Positions 30,124 to 37,595 of a stretch of 64,000 bases of DNA are shown piece by piece. How positions within the stretch are numbered: the first letter of the stretch is position 1; the number at the start of each line of letters is the position of its first letter. The translations under genes and the position numbers were made by a program. The notes under the pieces were generated by a model. That model was given only the letters and a program-made list of their open reading frames with translations, did not search any database and had not been told where the DNA came from. The stretch is taken from assembly GCA_949372655.1 (NCBI GenBank), contig CASIAI010000002.1, positions 295,184 through 359,183 of the forward strand. Direction: 5' to 3'. Source of the DNA: Candidatus Poseidoniaceae archaeon. Its GTDB lineage: Archaea > Thermoplasmatota > Poseidoniia > Poseidoniales > Poseidoniaceae.

Positions 30124-33100
30124 TTAATCTCGTTTTGAGATAATTATTGCTGCAAAAATCATGCTTACAATTAGTAAGCTAACTTGGAATCCAGGTAATC
30201 CATCACTATCAGAATCATTTGTTGTTCCATTTGAACTACCTGATGAACTAATATCGCATCCAGTTGAATCAACTACAGTATTGAAAGGAGTATTTGGACA
30301 TTGATCGAAGCTGTCTGCTATACCATCACTATCTGAATCCTTCTGACTTGGCGCACATCCATTACTATCGACTTGTGAACCAACAAAGGTATTCGGACAG
30401 ATATCGACGTCATCATTTACTCCATCATTATCTGAATCAATTTGTGATGTTGAACAACCATTAGAATCTATGATTGCATTTGGTAAAGTATTTGGGCATA
30501 AATCAGTTGAATCGTTGATTCCGTCGCCATCAGAATCTCTTTGAGATGCTGAACAACCTTGAGCATTAACAGATTGTTGTAGCATTGTATTAGGGCAATT
30601 ATCCATGCTATTCATCACTCCATCGCCATCAGAATCAATTTGAGATTGTCCACAACCCGTTGAATCGGCAGTATCAGAAATTGGAGTATTAGGGCAATTA
30701 TCAGATAAGTCTGAAATTCCATCACCATCACTGTCTAAATTAGGATCGATATTTTCAACACTGATACAATCAGAATATTGTTGATTTGCATAGTCAAAGG
30801 AAATCAAGCAAAAATAATTATTTCCAAAAGGCAGATTAAATTGTAAGTTAGAAATATTTGTGGTTGAATTACTTATTGCATTACCATTAATTGTGAAATA
30901 ATGATTTGAAGAATTCTGCAATGTGTATGAAACAGAGATAATCTGTCCTACAAAACTAGAATCATTGAGTGGTGAATCAATTTGTGCGACATGGTTAGGG
31001 ATATTTCTAAACAGATTTACACAATCCACCAAGTAGGAATTATTCTGGCCATAAAGTTCTAAGCAAACCAATGAATTACCGTATGAAATATATATTGAAA
31101 CTGAATTATTTGATGCAGCAGAATTATTATTGTTCCACCATGATGATGAATTTATTAGATTGTAGTAATTATTGCCATTAACAGTAATTTCACCGTAAGT
31201 GTAGTTACTTGCCCAGTAAGCAATATTGAGTGAATTACTATTAGTGTAAGTACTATTTGGAGAAATTAAATATCCTTCAAGAGTTTTTGGAATTAAGTTA
31301 ACATTGAAACAAGAATCGATAGAGTTCTGTGATGAATTATTTTGAACAGATAGATTAATCGAGCCACAAATATTAATGCTTCCAAATGAATTTGAATTAA
31401 GTGTAATTGAACTAACTGAATTAGATGAATAACTATTTCGAACTTGATTTCCGTCAATCGTCCAAGAAATATAGCCTGAGTAGTTTTCAGTTGAATATAG
31501 AATTTGTATTTCATTACCTAATATTGTAGTTTGGCTAACTGGAGACATGACATTTAACCTAACGACTGGATAAGGAATCATATAATTGACACATTCAGTA
31601 GTTAATGAATTATCTTCGCTAAATAATTCTAAACATATTACGTTATTTCCATAGTTAAAATGATAATAACTAATTGTATAATCAGTATTATTTGAAAGAT
31701 TATTATCGAATTTCTTCGAAAGATATGTCACCCTGTTACCATTTACAGTAATTTCGCCGTTAGAATAATTATTTGCAAAGTATTCTAAATTGATACCGTT
31801 AAAATTACTTGAATTAGATAAATTTTGATACGAAATAATAGAAGCTTCAACCTGTCTAGGAATCACGTTAATATTTTTACAATCACTGAACACATTATTT
31901 GGATTTATAGAATTATTAGAATAACTTGCTATCGATGCACAAACGGTGACATTACCAAATCCAACTCTTCTATAATGTGAGGAATATAGATTAGAATTAT
32001 TACTTGAATAAACATAATCACTCCAACTTTGAAAAGAATTATTCAAGTTACTAGAACTAATATTCCAATAAACATAATTGTATGTATAATTTTCAACAAT
32101 CGCTGTTAAATCTAAGAAATCAACATAATTATTTTGAAAAAATGGCATGGTAATTACTGAATTATTAGTCAAGGAAGTAATTCTAACCTTTGAAGGCGGG
32201 AGTAAAATAGTTATGTTAACACAACTTGAATAGTTTATATAATTCAATGAAGCACATAGTTGAAAATTATCATTAAAACTGATTGAATAGCCTGGAATAG
32301 TCGTTGTTAAATTTCTTTGACTTGAAGAACTAGTTTGTAAATACGCACTATCATACCAACTTATAGCAGAACTATTAGTTGTACTAGAGATTAGTTCCCA
32401 TACTACCGACCCTGAATAATTTGACAATGTATAATCCACAGAAATATTTGAATTGCTATTTACATTTAATGTATCTCCATTTTGTAAACTAGTAATTGAA
32501 ATTGATGGTTCAAAATTAATACGGGTATAATTTACACAATCAGAATGTCCAGTATTTAGTGTGATGCAGAGGGTATAATTCCCATTGGTCATTCCATCAT
32601 AAATTGGTGTTATGGTTCCAGTGAAATTCCCAAAACGAGTATTTTTGTAGCCATTCCAAGAATTAGAATAACTATTGTCATGATTAGTCAAATTGAGATT
32701 GATCGAACCAGAGCTATAATTAGAAATACTGATATTGATTGAACCGGAATTCTTTCCATAAATCGAATAGATGATTTGGTTATTTATTGGTGATAAGATT
32801 TCTATGGATGTTGGTACATAGTAGTTATTGAATGAAACACAATCATGTTCGCCAAATGGTATTTCTATACATACAGTATTATTTCCGAAACCACTGAAAT
32901 AAAAGTAAAGAAAATTTCCTTGATTTTGTCCTGCATTTGAATTATTGGAATAAGCAATAGATGTTCCTGAATTTGTTAGTATTGAACCATTTGTTAAAAC
33001 AGTTGTAGAATTCCAATACAAGGTTCCTGTATAGTTTTGAACAGAATAGTAGATGATTACTCCATGAGAACCGTGAACATCAGAATAATTTTGGGGAGAT

Positions 33101-33306
33101 GTAATTGTTATGGTTGAATTTACCGTATTATTCGAACCATTTGTTGTATTATTTCCTGAACTAGAATAAATTTCAGTAGAGATTACCTCTTGGAGTTCTA
33201 TTTCTTGATCTCCATTTACCATTAAAACCGAAGAAATCATTAAGAAAATCAGTAAAAATGCTGATAACTTTTTACCATCCTGCATAATACTAACTCTGGA
33301 CACCAT
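30124..33306 (-). CDS. Asn/Ser-rich multi-module surface glycoprotein candidate with TSP3 repeats and PGF-CTERM anchor
   Basis: 1060 aa. Signal/anchor FLLIFLMISSVLMV. Eight roughly 100-aa modules each end in a Cys-x(8-20)-Cys pair. Five DSDGDG...CPNT TSP3 units. C-terminus SSGSSNGTTNDSDSDGLPGFQVSLLIVSMIFAAIIISKRD (PGF motif + TM + basic end). Confidence 0.8.
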   Translation of the reverse strand: MVSRVSIMQDGKKLSAFLLIFLMISSVLMVNGDQEIELQEVISTEIYSSSGNNTTNGSNNTVNSTITITSPQNYSDVHGSHGVIIYYSVQNYTGTLYWNSTTVLTNGSILTNSGTSIAYSNNSNAGQNQGNFLYFYFSGFGNNTVCIEIPFGEHDCVSFNNYYVPTSIEILSPINNQIIYSIYGKNSGSINISISNYSSGSINLNLTNHDNSYSNSWNGYKNTRFGNFTGTITPIYDGMTNGNYTLCITLNTGHSDCVNYTRINFEPSISITSLQNGDTLNVNSNSNISVDYTLSNYSGSVVWELISSTTNSSAISWYDSAYLQTSSSSQRNLTTTIPGYSISFNDNFQLCASLNYINYSSCVNITILLPPSKVRITSLTNNSVITMPFFQNNYVDFLDLTAIVENYTYNYVYWNISSSNLNNSFQSWSDYVYSSNNSNLYSSHYRRVGFGNVTVCASIASYSNNSINPNNVFSDCKNINVIPRQVEASIISYQNLSNSSNFNGINLEYFANNYSNGEITVNGNRVTYLSKKFDNNLSNNTDYTISYYHFNYGNNVICLELFSEDNSLTTECVNYMIPYPVVRLNVMSPVSQTTILGNEIQILYSTENYSGYISWTIDGNQVRNSYSSNSVSSITLNSNSFGSINICGSINLSVQNNSSQNSIDSCFNVNLIPKTLEGYLISPNSTYTNSNSLNIAYWASNYTYGEITVNGNNYYNLINSSSWWNNNNSAASNNSVSIYISYGNSLVCLELYGQNNSYLVDCVNLFRNIPNHVAQIDSPLNDSSFVGQIISVSYTLQNSSNHYFTINGNAISNSTTNISNLQFNLPFGNNYFCLISFDYANQQYSDCISVENIDPNLDSDGDGISDLSDNCPNTPISDTADSTGCGQSQIDSDGDGVMNSMDNCPNTMLQQSVNAQGCSASQRDSDGDGINDSTDLCPNTLPNAIIDSNGCSTSQIDSDNDGVNDDVDICPNTFVGSQVDSNGCAPSQKDSDSDGIADSFDQCPNTPFNTVVDSTGCDISSSGSSNGTTNDSDSDGLPGFQVSLLIVSMIFAAIIISKRD

Positions 33307-33414
33307 TATTCAATTCTTTCCCCTTCATAATATCAGTAAAGTAATACATGCTCGGTAAACCCTACCTTGAAATTACTCTTCTTCATAATTAAGGCATTTG
33401 AAGAAATATCCAAC

Positions 33415-33523
33415 CACCTGCACAGAACCCGCATAACGAACTTCCGATGAGAAGAAAAAACAAAGCCCGTCCGTTCCTAAACCTTTTTTCTTCCCCTCTA
33501 CGCCTTTCCTCTGTGGTCAGGTG
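33415..33523. other. nested long inverted repeat (potential structured RNA or leader/terminator element)
   Basis: The outer arms cacctgcacag (33415-33425) and ctgtg-gt-caggtg (33511-33523) are complementary. The inner arms gaagaaaaaa (33451-33460) and ttttttcttc (33484-33493) are perfectly complementary. It lies in a locally GC-richer patch, between the 94-aa ORF stop and the start of the 1060-aa gene. Confidence 0.3.
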
Positions 33524-33555
33524 AAGTTCTAAGAATTCTGCATCATCCATACCAA

Positions 33556-33840
33556 TCACTCTTCTTCGGCTCTTAGGTAGTTTACATTGTATTGTTCACA
33601 TTCCATGCAATATCCAATATCCACCTTAGCGAAAAAATGGTAAAGCAATAATGAACATGTCATAAGGCCAATAAATACTGCTAAATCGGTATCGGTAGGA
33701 TGGTAAAGCCAATTAAAGGCTATTGAAGTTAGTATCAAAACACCAAAAAAAATTCCCGCCCTATACCAAAGGTTATCTCGTTCATAGTAGAAATCAACCA
33801 TGACAATCCTACTACTATTTGATATACAAAATATACTCAA
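33556..33840 (-). CDS. small hypothetical membrane protein
   Basis: 94-aa ORF with two hydrophobic helices and a CMEC pair. No family recognised. Coding status uncertain. Confidence 0.35.
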   Translation of the reverse strand: MSIFCISNSSRIVMVDFYYERDNLWYRAGIFFGVLILTSIAFNWLYHPTDTDLAVFIGLMTCSLLLYHFFAKVDIGYCMECEQYNVNYLRAEEE

Positions 33841-33950
33841 AAATAGGTAAAATATCTATCAAATATTAGTGAGTTTTAACTAATTTTTTTGAGTAAGAAA
33901 AACTCAGTTTTACTCAAACATTTACGCTTTGCAGTATAGCGTTTTTTATG

Positions 33951-34026
33951 TGGCGCCGATTAAGGGGTTCGAACCCTTGACCTTGGGATTAACAGTCCCA
34001 CGCTCCACCAGCTAAGCTAAATCGGC
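33951..34026 (-). tRNA. tRNA-Asn (anticodon GTT), CCA encoded
   Basis: Reverse complement GCCGATT-TA-GCTT..GAGC-G-TGGGA-CTGTTAA-TCCCA-AGGTC-AAGGG-TTCGAAC-CCCTT-AATCGGC-G-CCA. All four stems pair. Confidence 0.92.
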
Positions 34027-34075
34027 ATCGTGGCCGAGTAACCCCTCCTTTATGACGACTTCGGATATTTTAGAT

Positions 34076-35410
34076 TTATGAAATAGTGCTTATGAGTCTA
34101 GATTTAACTCGAGGTTGCCTATCATCTAACTCTAAAATACTGTTAAGCAAAGCCATTTCCGATTCACTCAAACTTTGATTATGATGGAATTCTAGCCATA
34201 TTTGCTTAGAACTGACATGTTGTCCATGGTCTACCAAAATCTTGAAACCAACATCAAATATTATTTCATCTTCTATTGCAAATCTTCCAGCCCCATGTTG
34301 TCTGGCGATATCCGCCATAGCCATTGAATTGATTTTCGAGACATATCCTGACTTTGGAGCGCTAACTTTAGTCACCAGCGATGATTTGGCTAAAACATTT
34401 CTAGGATTTTCAATAAGTTCTTTGGCAATACTTCCCTTCACCCCCTGCGCTACACACATTTTTTCAAAATATTGTAGTGCTAGACCATTACTAAGAACCT
34501 CTTCTATCATTTCGTTTCCTTTTAGATTATTTTGAGCAATTCCACTTTGAACCAATAGTGCAGATCCTTGCATAACCACTAATTCTCTTGTATCTTTAGA
34601 ACCCATACCCTGTAGAATTTCGATACTACCTATTACTTCTAATGAATTACCTACATAATTGCCAATGGGATAGTCCATTTGAGTTATTTGAGCAGTAGTA
34701 TTGATTCCAAGACCTTTTGCAGCACCAACCATGGATTTAGCCAATTCTTCAGCATCAGACTTAGTTTTCATGAATGCTGCAGAACCGCATTTTACATCGA
34801 GAACCAATGAGCCAAGCCCTTCCGCTGCTTTTTTAGATATTATTGAGGCCGTGATAAGTGGAATACTATCGATGGTATGAGTGACATCACGTATCGCATA
34901 GAGCAAACCATCAGCAGGAGCAATTGCATCATTTTGAGCAGCGATACAGCAGCCAATATCTGCAATCTGTTTCTGCATTTCTTTAGGAGTCAAGGAGCAA
35001 TTAAACCCAGGAATAGATTCTAATTTGTCTATAGTTCCTCCAGTATGCCCTAGTCCTCTTCCTGCTAGCATCGGAACTTTAGCACCACAAGCAGCAAGTG
35101 CTGGTGCTAAAATCAACGACATTTTGTCACCAACTCCTCCAGTACTATGTTTGTCAACTACCAATTTATTATCTGACCAATCAAGAACAGCACCTGACTG
35201 CATCATATTCCTTGTAAGAATAGTAGTTTCTTTTACAGAAATACCATTTGAATGTACTGCTTTTAGCCATTTTTCGATCTTCTTTACCGGTATACTATGA
35301 TTTGCGACACCTGTTATGAATTCAGCAAGATGGTCTAGATTCATCATTTGATTGGACTCTACTGAAGAAATTAATTTATCGACTTTCACTAGTTCCATAT
35401 CAATCATCAT
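34076..35410 (-). CDS. deoA: thymidine/pyrimidine-nucleoside phosphorylase family protein (archaeal members can be AMP phosphorylases)
   Basis: DKHSTGGVGDK and GRGLGHTGGTIDKLESIPGF motifs. The ORF is open to 35488, but that would overlap the upstream gene by 89 nt. Met codons at 35410, 35407 and 35398 are the likelier starts. Confidence 0.85.
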   Translation of the reverse strand: MMIDMELVKVDKLISSVESNQMMNLDHLAEFITGVANHSIPVKKIEKWLKAVHSNGISVKETTILTRNMMQSGAVLDWSDNKLVVDKHSTGGVGDKMSLILAPALAACGAKVPMLAGRGLGHTGGTIDKLESIPGFNCSLTPKEMQKQIADIGCCIAAQNDAIAPADGLLYAIRDVTHTIDSIPLITASIISKKAAEGLGSLVLDVKCGSAAFMKTKSDAEELAKSMVGAAKGLGINTTAQITQMDYPIGNYVGNSLEVIGSIEILQGMGSKDTRELVVMQGSALLVQSGIAQNNLKGNEMIEEVLSNGLALQYFEKMCVAQGVKGSIAKELIENPRNVLAKSSLVTKVSAPKSGYVSKINSMAMADIARQHGAGRFAIEDEIIFDVGFKILVDHGQHVSSKQIWLEFHHNQSLSESEMALLNSILELDDRQPRVKSRLISTIS

Positions 35411-36395
35411 TTCCTGCCAATCCGATTTCAACCAATCTTTGGTGAAGGTATTCACCAGCAGTGATAGATTGGTAATGTGAGGTTCCACCGGTCATTTCAA
35501 TAAATTCCGGCTTCGGCGATAAATCAATTTGATTTCTAGGATGGACAAACATAGGCATAGAGAATCTCCTTTCAGACTTAGAACTTGGATTCACGACACG
35601 ATGAGTGGTAGATTTGAACAGACCGTTAGTTAGATTTTGTAGCATATCTCCTGAATCTACAATGATACATTCTGCATCACCTTCAACCTTAATCCAACTA
35701 CCATCATGGTCCATTACTTCGAGTCCATCCGCAGTAGCAGTTACCAGTAGTGTGATGAAATTTATATCTTCATGGGCAGCAGAACGAACTGCTCCAGCTG
35801 GTGTACTCTCTCCAAGAGGGGGGTAGTGAATAATTCGCATTATTGTATTTCCTCGATCTGTCATTTCGCCTAACCATTGTTGACTTTTTCCAAGGTAAGT
35901 ACTACATGCTGATAATAGGTCTTGAGATAACGATTCCATACGATTATACAATCCATCAATCACTGATTCAAAATCTGGGACTTTATCATTTGGCCACACG
36001 TTTAGTGGATAATTTGGTAGTGTTTCACTTCCATCATGGCTACGGCCGTTCTGCCAAAACTCTTTCAGGTCAGGTGCAGGATTATCTTTAGCATGTTCGA
36101 TTCCAAATGCAGTATATCCTCTTTGATGTGATATTTCGGGTTGTAAATAAGTTCTCTTAGTGGCCTCATCCAAACTGAAAAACGCATCACCTTGAATATA
36201 TGATTGTTCAATTAAATCAATGGGTATACCATGATTCTTTAGTGCAAAGAATCCAATGTCTTTGAGTGAGTCTCCTACCGCTTGGATAAATTGATTCGAC
36301 TTTTTATCATCACTAGAATTGAAATCATCAAAATCGATTACAGGAATAGTTCGAGTCATGTTATCAATATGGCGGTATGGTCGATAGTGTTTCAA
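35400..36395 (-). CDS. 2-oxoglutarate/Fe(II)-dependent oxygenase (DIOX_N + 2OG-FeII_Oxy, isopenicillin-N-synthase-like)
   Basis: 331 aa. N-terminal IPVIDFDDF. Iron triad context HEDINFITLL ... a distal His in TTHRVVNP, whose Arg is the 2OG-binding residue. Its stop abuts or overlaps the phosphorylase start. Confidence 0.8.
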   Translation of the reverse strand: MKHYRPYRHIDNMTRTIPVIDFDDFNSSDDKKSNQFIQAVGDSLKDIGFFALKNHGIPIDLIEQSYIQGDAFFSLDEATKRTYLQPEISHQRGYTAFGIEHAKDNPAPDLKEFWQNGRSHDGSETLPNYPLNVWPNDKVPDFESVIDGLYNRMESLSQDLLSACSTYLGKSQQWLGEMTDRGNTIMRIIHYPPLGESTPAGAVRSAAHEDINFITLLVTATADGLEVMDHDGSWIKVEGDAECIIVDSGDMLQNLTNGLFKSTTHRVVNPSSKSERRFSMPMFVHPRNQIDLSPKPEFIEMTGGTSHYQSITAGEYLHQRLVEIGLAGNDD

Positions 36396-36432
36396 TTCTA
36401 CCCTAATGTGTCAGTAAAAACATCGATTATAA

Positions 36433-36765
36433 TCATTCAACAGATGCTTCACTGTATAAACGTAGAACTACAACCCCTACAATAATTAGACTCAAACCTA
36501 TCATTGCTGCAAGGTCTAACTTTTGGTCTAAAAACAATACAGAAACAACGGTTATAGCGGCAATTCCTACACTTGACCAGACCGCATAAACTACACTAAT
36601 TGGAATTGAGTCTAGTGTTAGCGATAGAAAATAAAAGGCTGTACAATAGCCTATTACGACTATTGTGGAAGGCCATAGTTTAGTGAATCCCTCTGTAGAT
36701 TTAAGAAATAATGTACCAACTACTTCAGCAACTATTGCTAGAATTAAGAATATCCACTTTGACAT
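36433..36765 (-). CDS. small multidrug resistance (SMR) family transporter, EmrE/QacE-like
   Basis: 110 aa, four TM helices, conserved TM1 glutamate in AIVAEVVGT. Confidence 0.85.
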   Translation of the reverse strand: MSKWIFLILAIVAEVVGTLFLKSTEGFTKLWPSTIVVIGYCTAFYFLSLTLDSIPISVVYAVWSSVGIAAITVVSVLFLDQKLDLAAMIGLSLIIVGVVVLRLYSEASVE

Positions 36766-36789
36766 TGTAGGTCAGCAGGTTAGTGATAA

Positions 36790-37548
36790 TCAATCTCTCA
36801 GCTTAGAGAGTAAGCGCACCATTTCGATATAAATCCAGATTATGGTGACAAGTACTCCAAAGGCACCCCACCATTCAGCACTTTTTGGAGCATTCATTTT
36901 AACACCAGATTCAATAAATCCAAAGTCAGAAATCAAACTCAGTGCGGCTATTGTGAGGATAAATAGTGTGATTCCAATTCCAATAGGCCCAGAAGTATGT
37001 AGGTAGGGGATCTCAAAAGGCGTAAACATTGTGAACATGATTGATACTGCATACATTAGCATAATCGATACTGTGAGGCTACCGATTACTTTGTTGAATG
37101 TAGGTGTTGGTTTGATAACTCTAGATGAGTAAATGAAAAGCATTGCACCAGTAATAAATACTGTCCCAAAGGCTGCTTGAATAATTATTCCCGAGTAAAA
37201 TGCTTCAAAAAGAAGAGAAATTGAACCAACAAACATACCCATTAGAACCGCATAAATGGTCATCAGAGGAGCTGGATTAGCAGGACGCATAAATCCAAGC
37301 ATCAAAGCGACTACAACGCTACCTAAAATTCCACCCCAAGTCAAGCCACTGATGACTGATGAATTGCCTGATGCTAGTGCATCGAGTGACAAATAGGCTG
37401 AAATAATTCCAGTGATTGTTACTATGCTTAACAGATATGCCAATTTACCAATTGTACCTTGGAAAGTCATAGTATTTTGACCAGTGATATTTGACCAAAA
37501 GTTCTGAGTCATAATTGGGTTACTAGTGGTATAACGCATGCTTCTCAA
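36790..37548 (-). CDS. Bax-inhibitor-1/YccA-like integral membrane protein
   Basis: 252 aa. N-terminal TSNPIM..., then about seven TM helices. Overall resemblance to the COG4760/BI-1 family. Assigned by pattern only. Confidence 0.55.
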   Translation of the reverse strand: MRSMRYTTSNPIMTQNFWSNITGQNTMTFQGTIGKLAYLLSIVTITGIISAYLSLDALASGNSSVISGLTWGGILGSVVVALMLGFMRPANPAPLMTIYAVLMGMFVGSISLLFEAFYSGIIIQAAFGTVFITGAMLFIYSSRVIKPTPTFNKVIGSLTVSIMLMYAVSIMFTMFTPFEIPYLHTSGPIGIGITLFILTIAALSLISDFGFIESGVKMNAPKSAEWWGAFGVLVTIIWIYIEMVRLLSKLRD

Positions 37549-37595
37549 ATGCCCCTAACGATAAGTCCCTTGTCAAACTTACGCTTATTGGTAAG

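Larger units (their letters stand above)
30068..33964. mobile_element. putative integrated cassette or remnant bounded by a 14-bp direct repeat of the tRNA-Asn 3' end (no integrase present)
   Basis: TGGCGCCGATTAAG occurs at 30068-30081 and again at 33951-33964, in the same orientation. The second copy is the last 14 nt of tRNA-Asn including CCA. By eye the interior is visibly more AT-rich than its surroundings. Confidence 0.35.
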
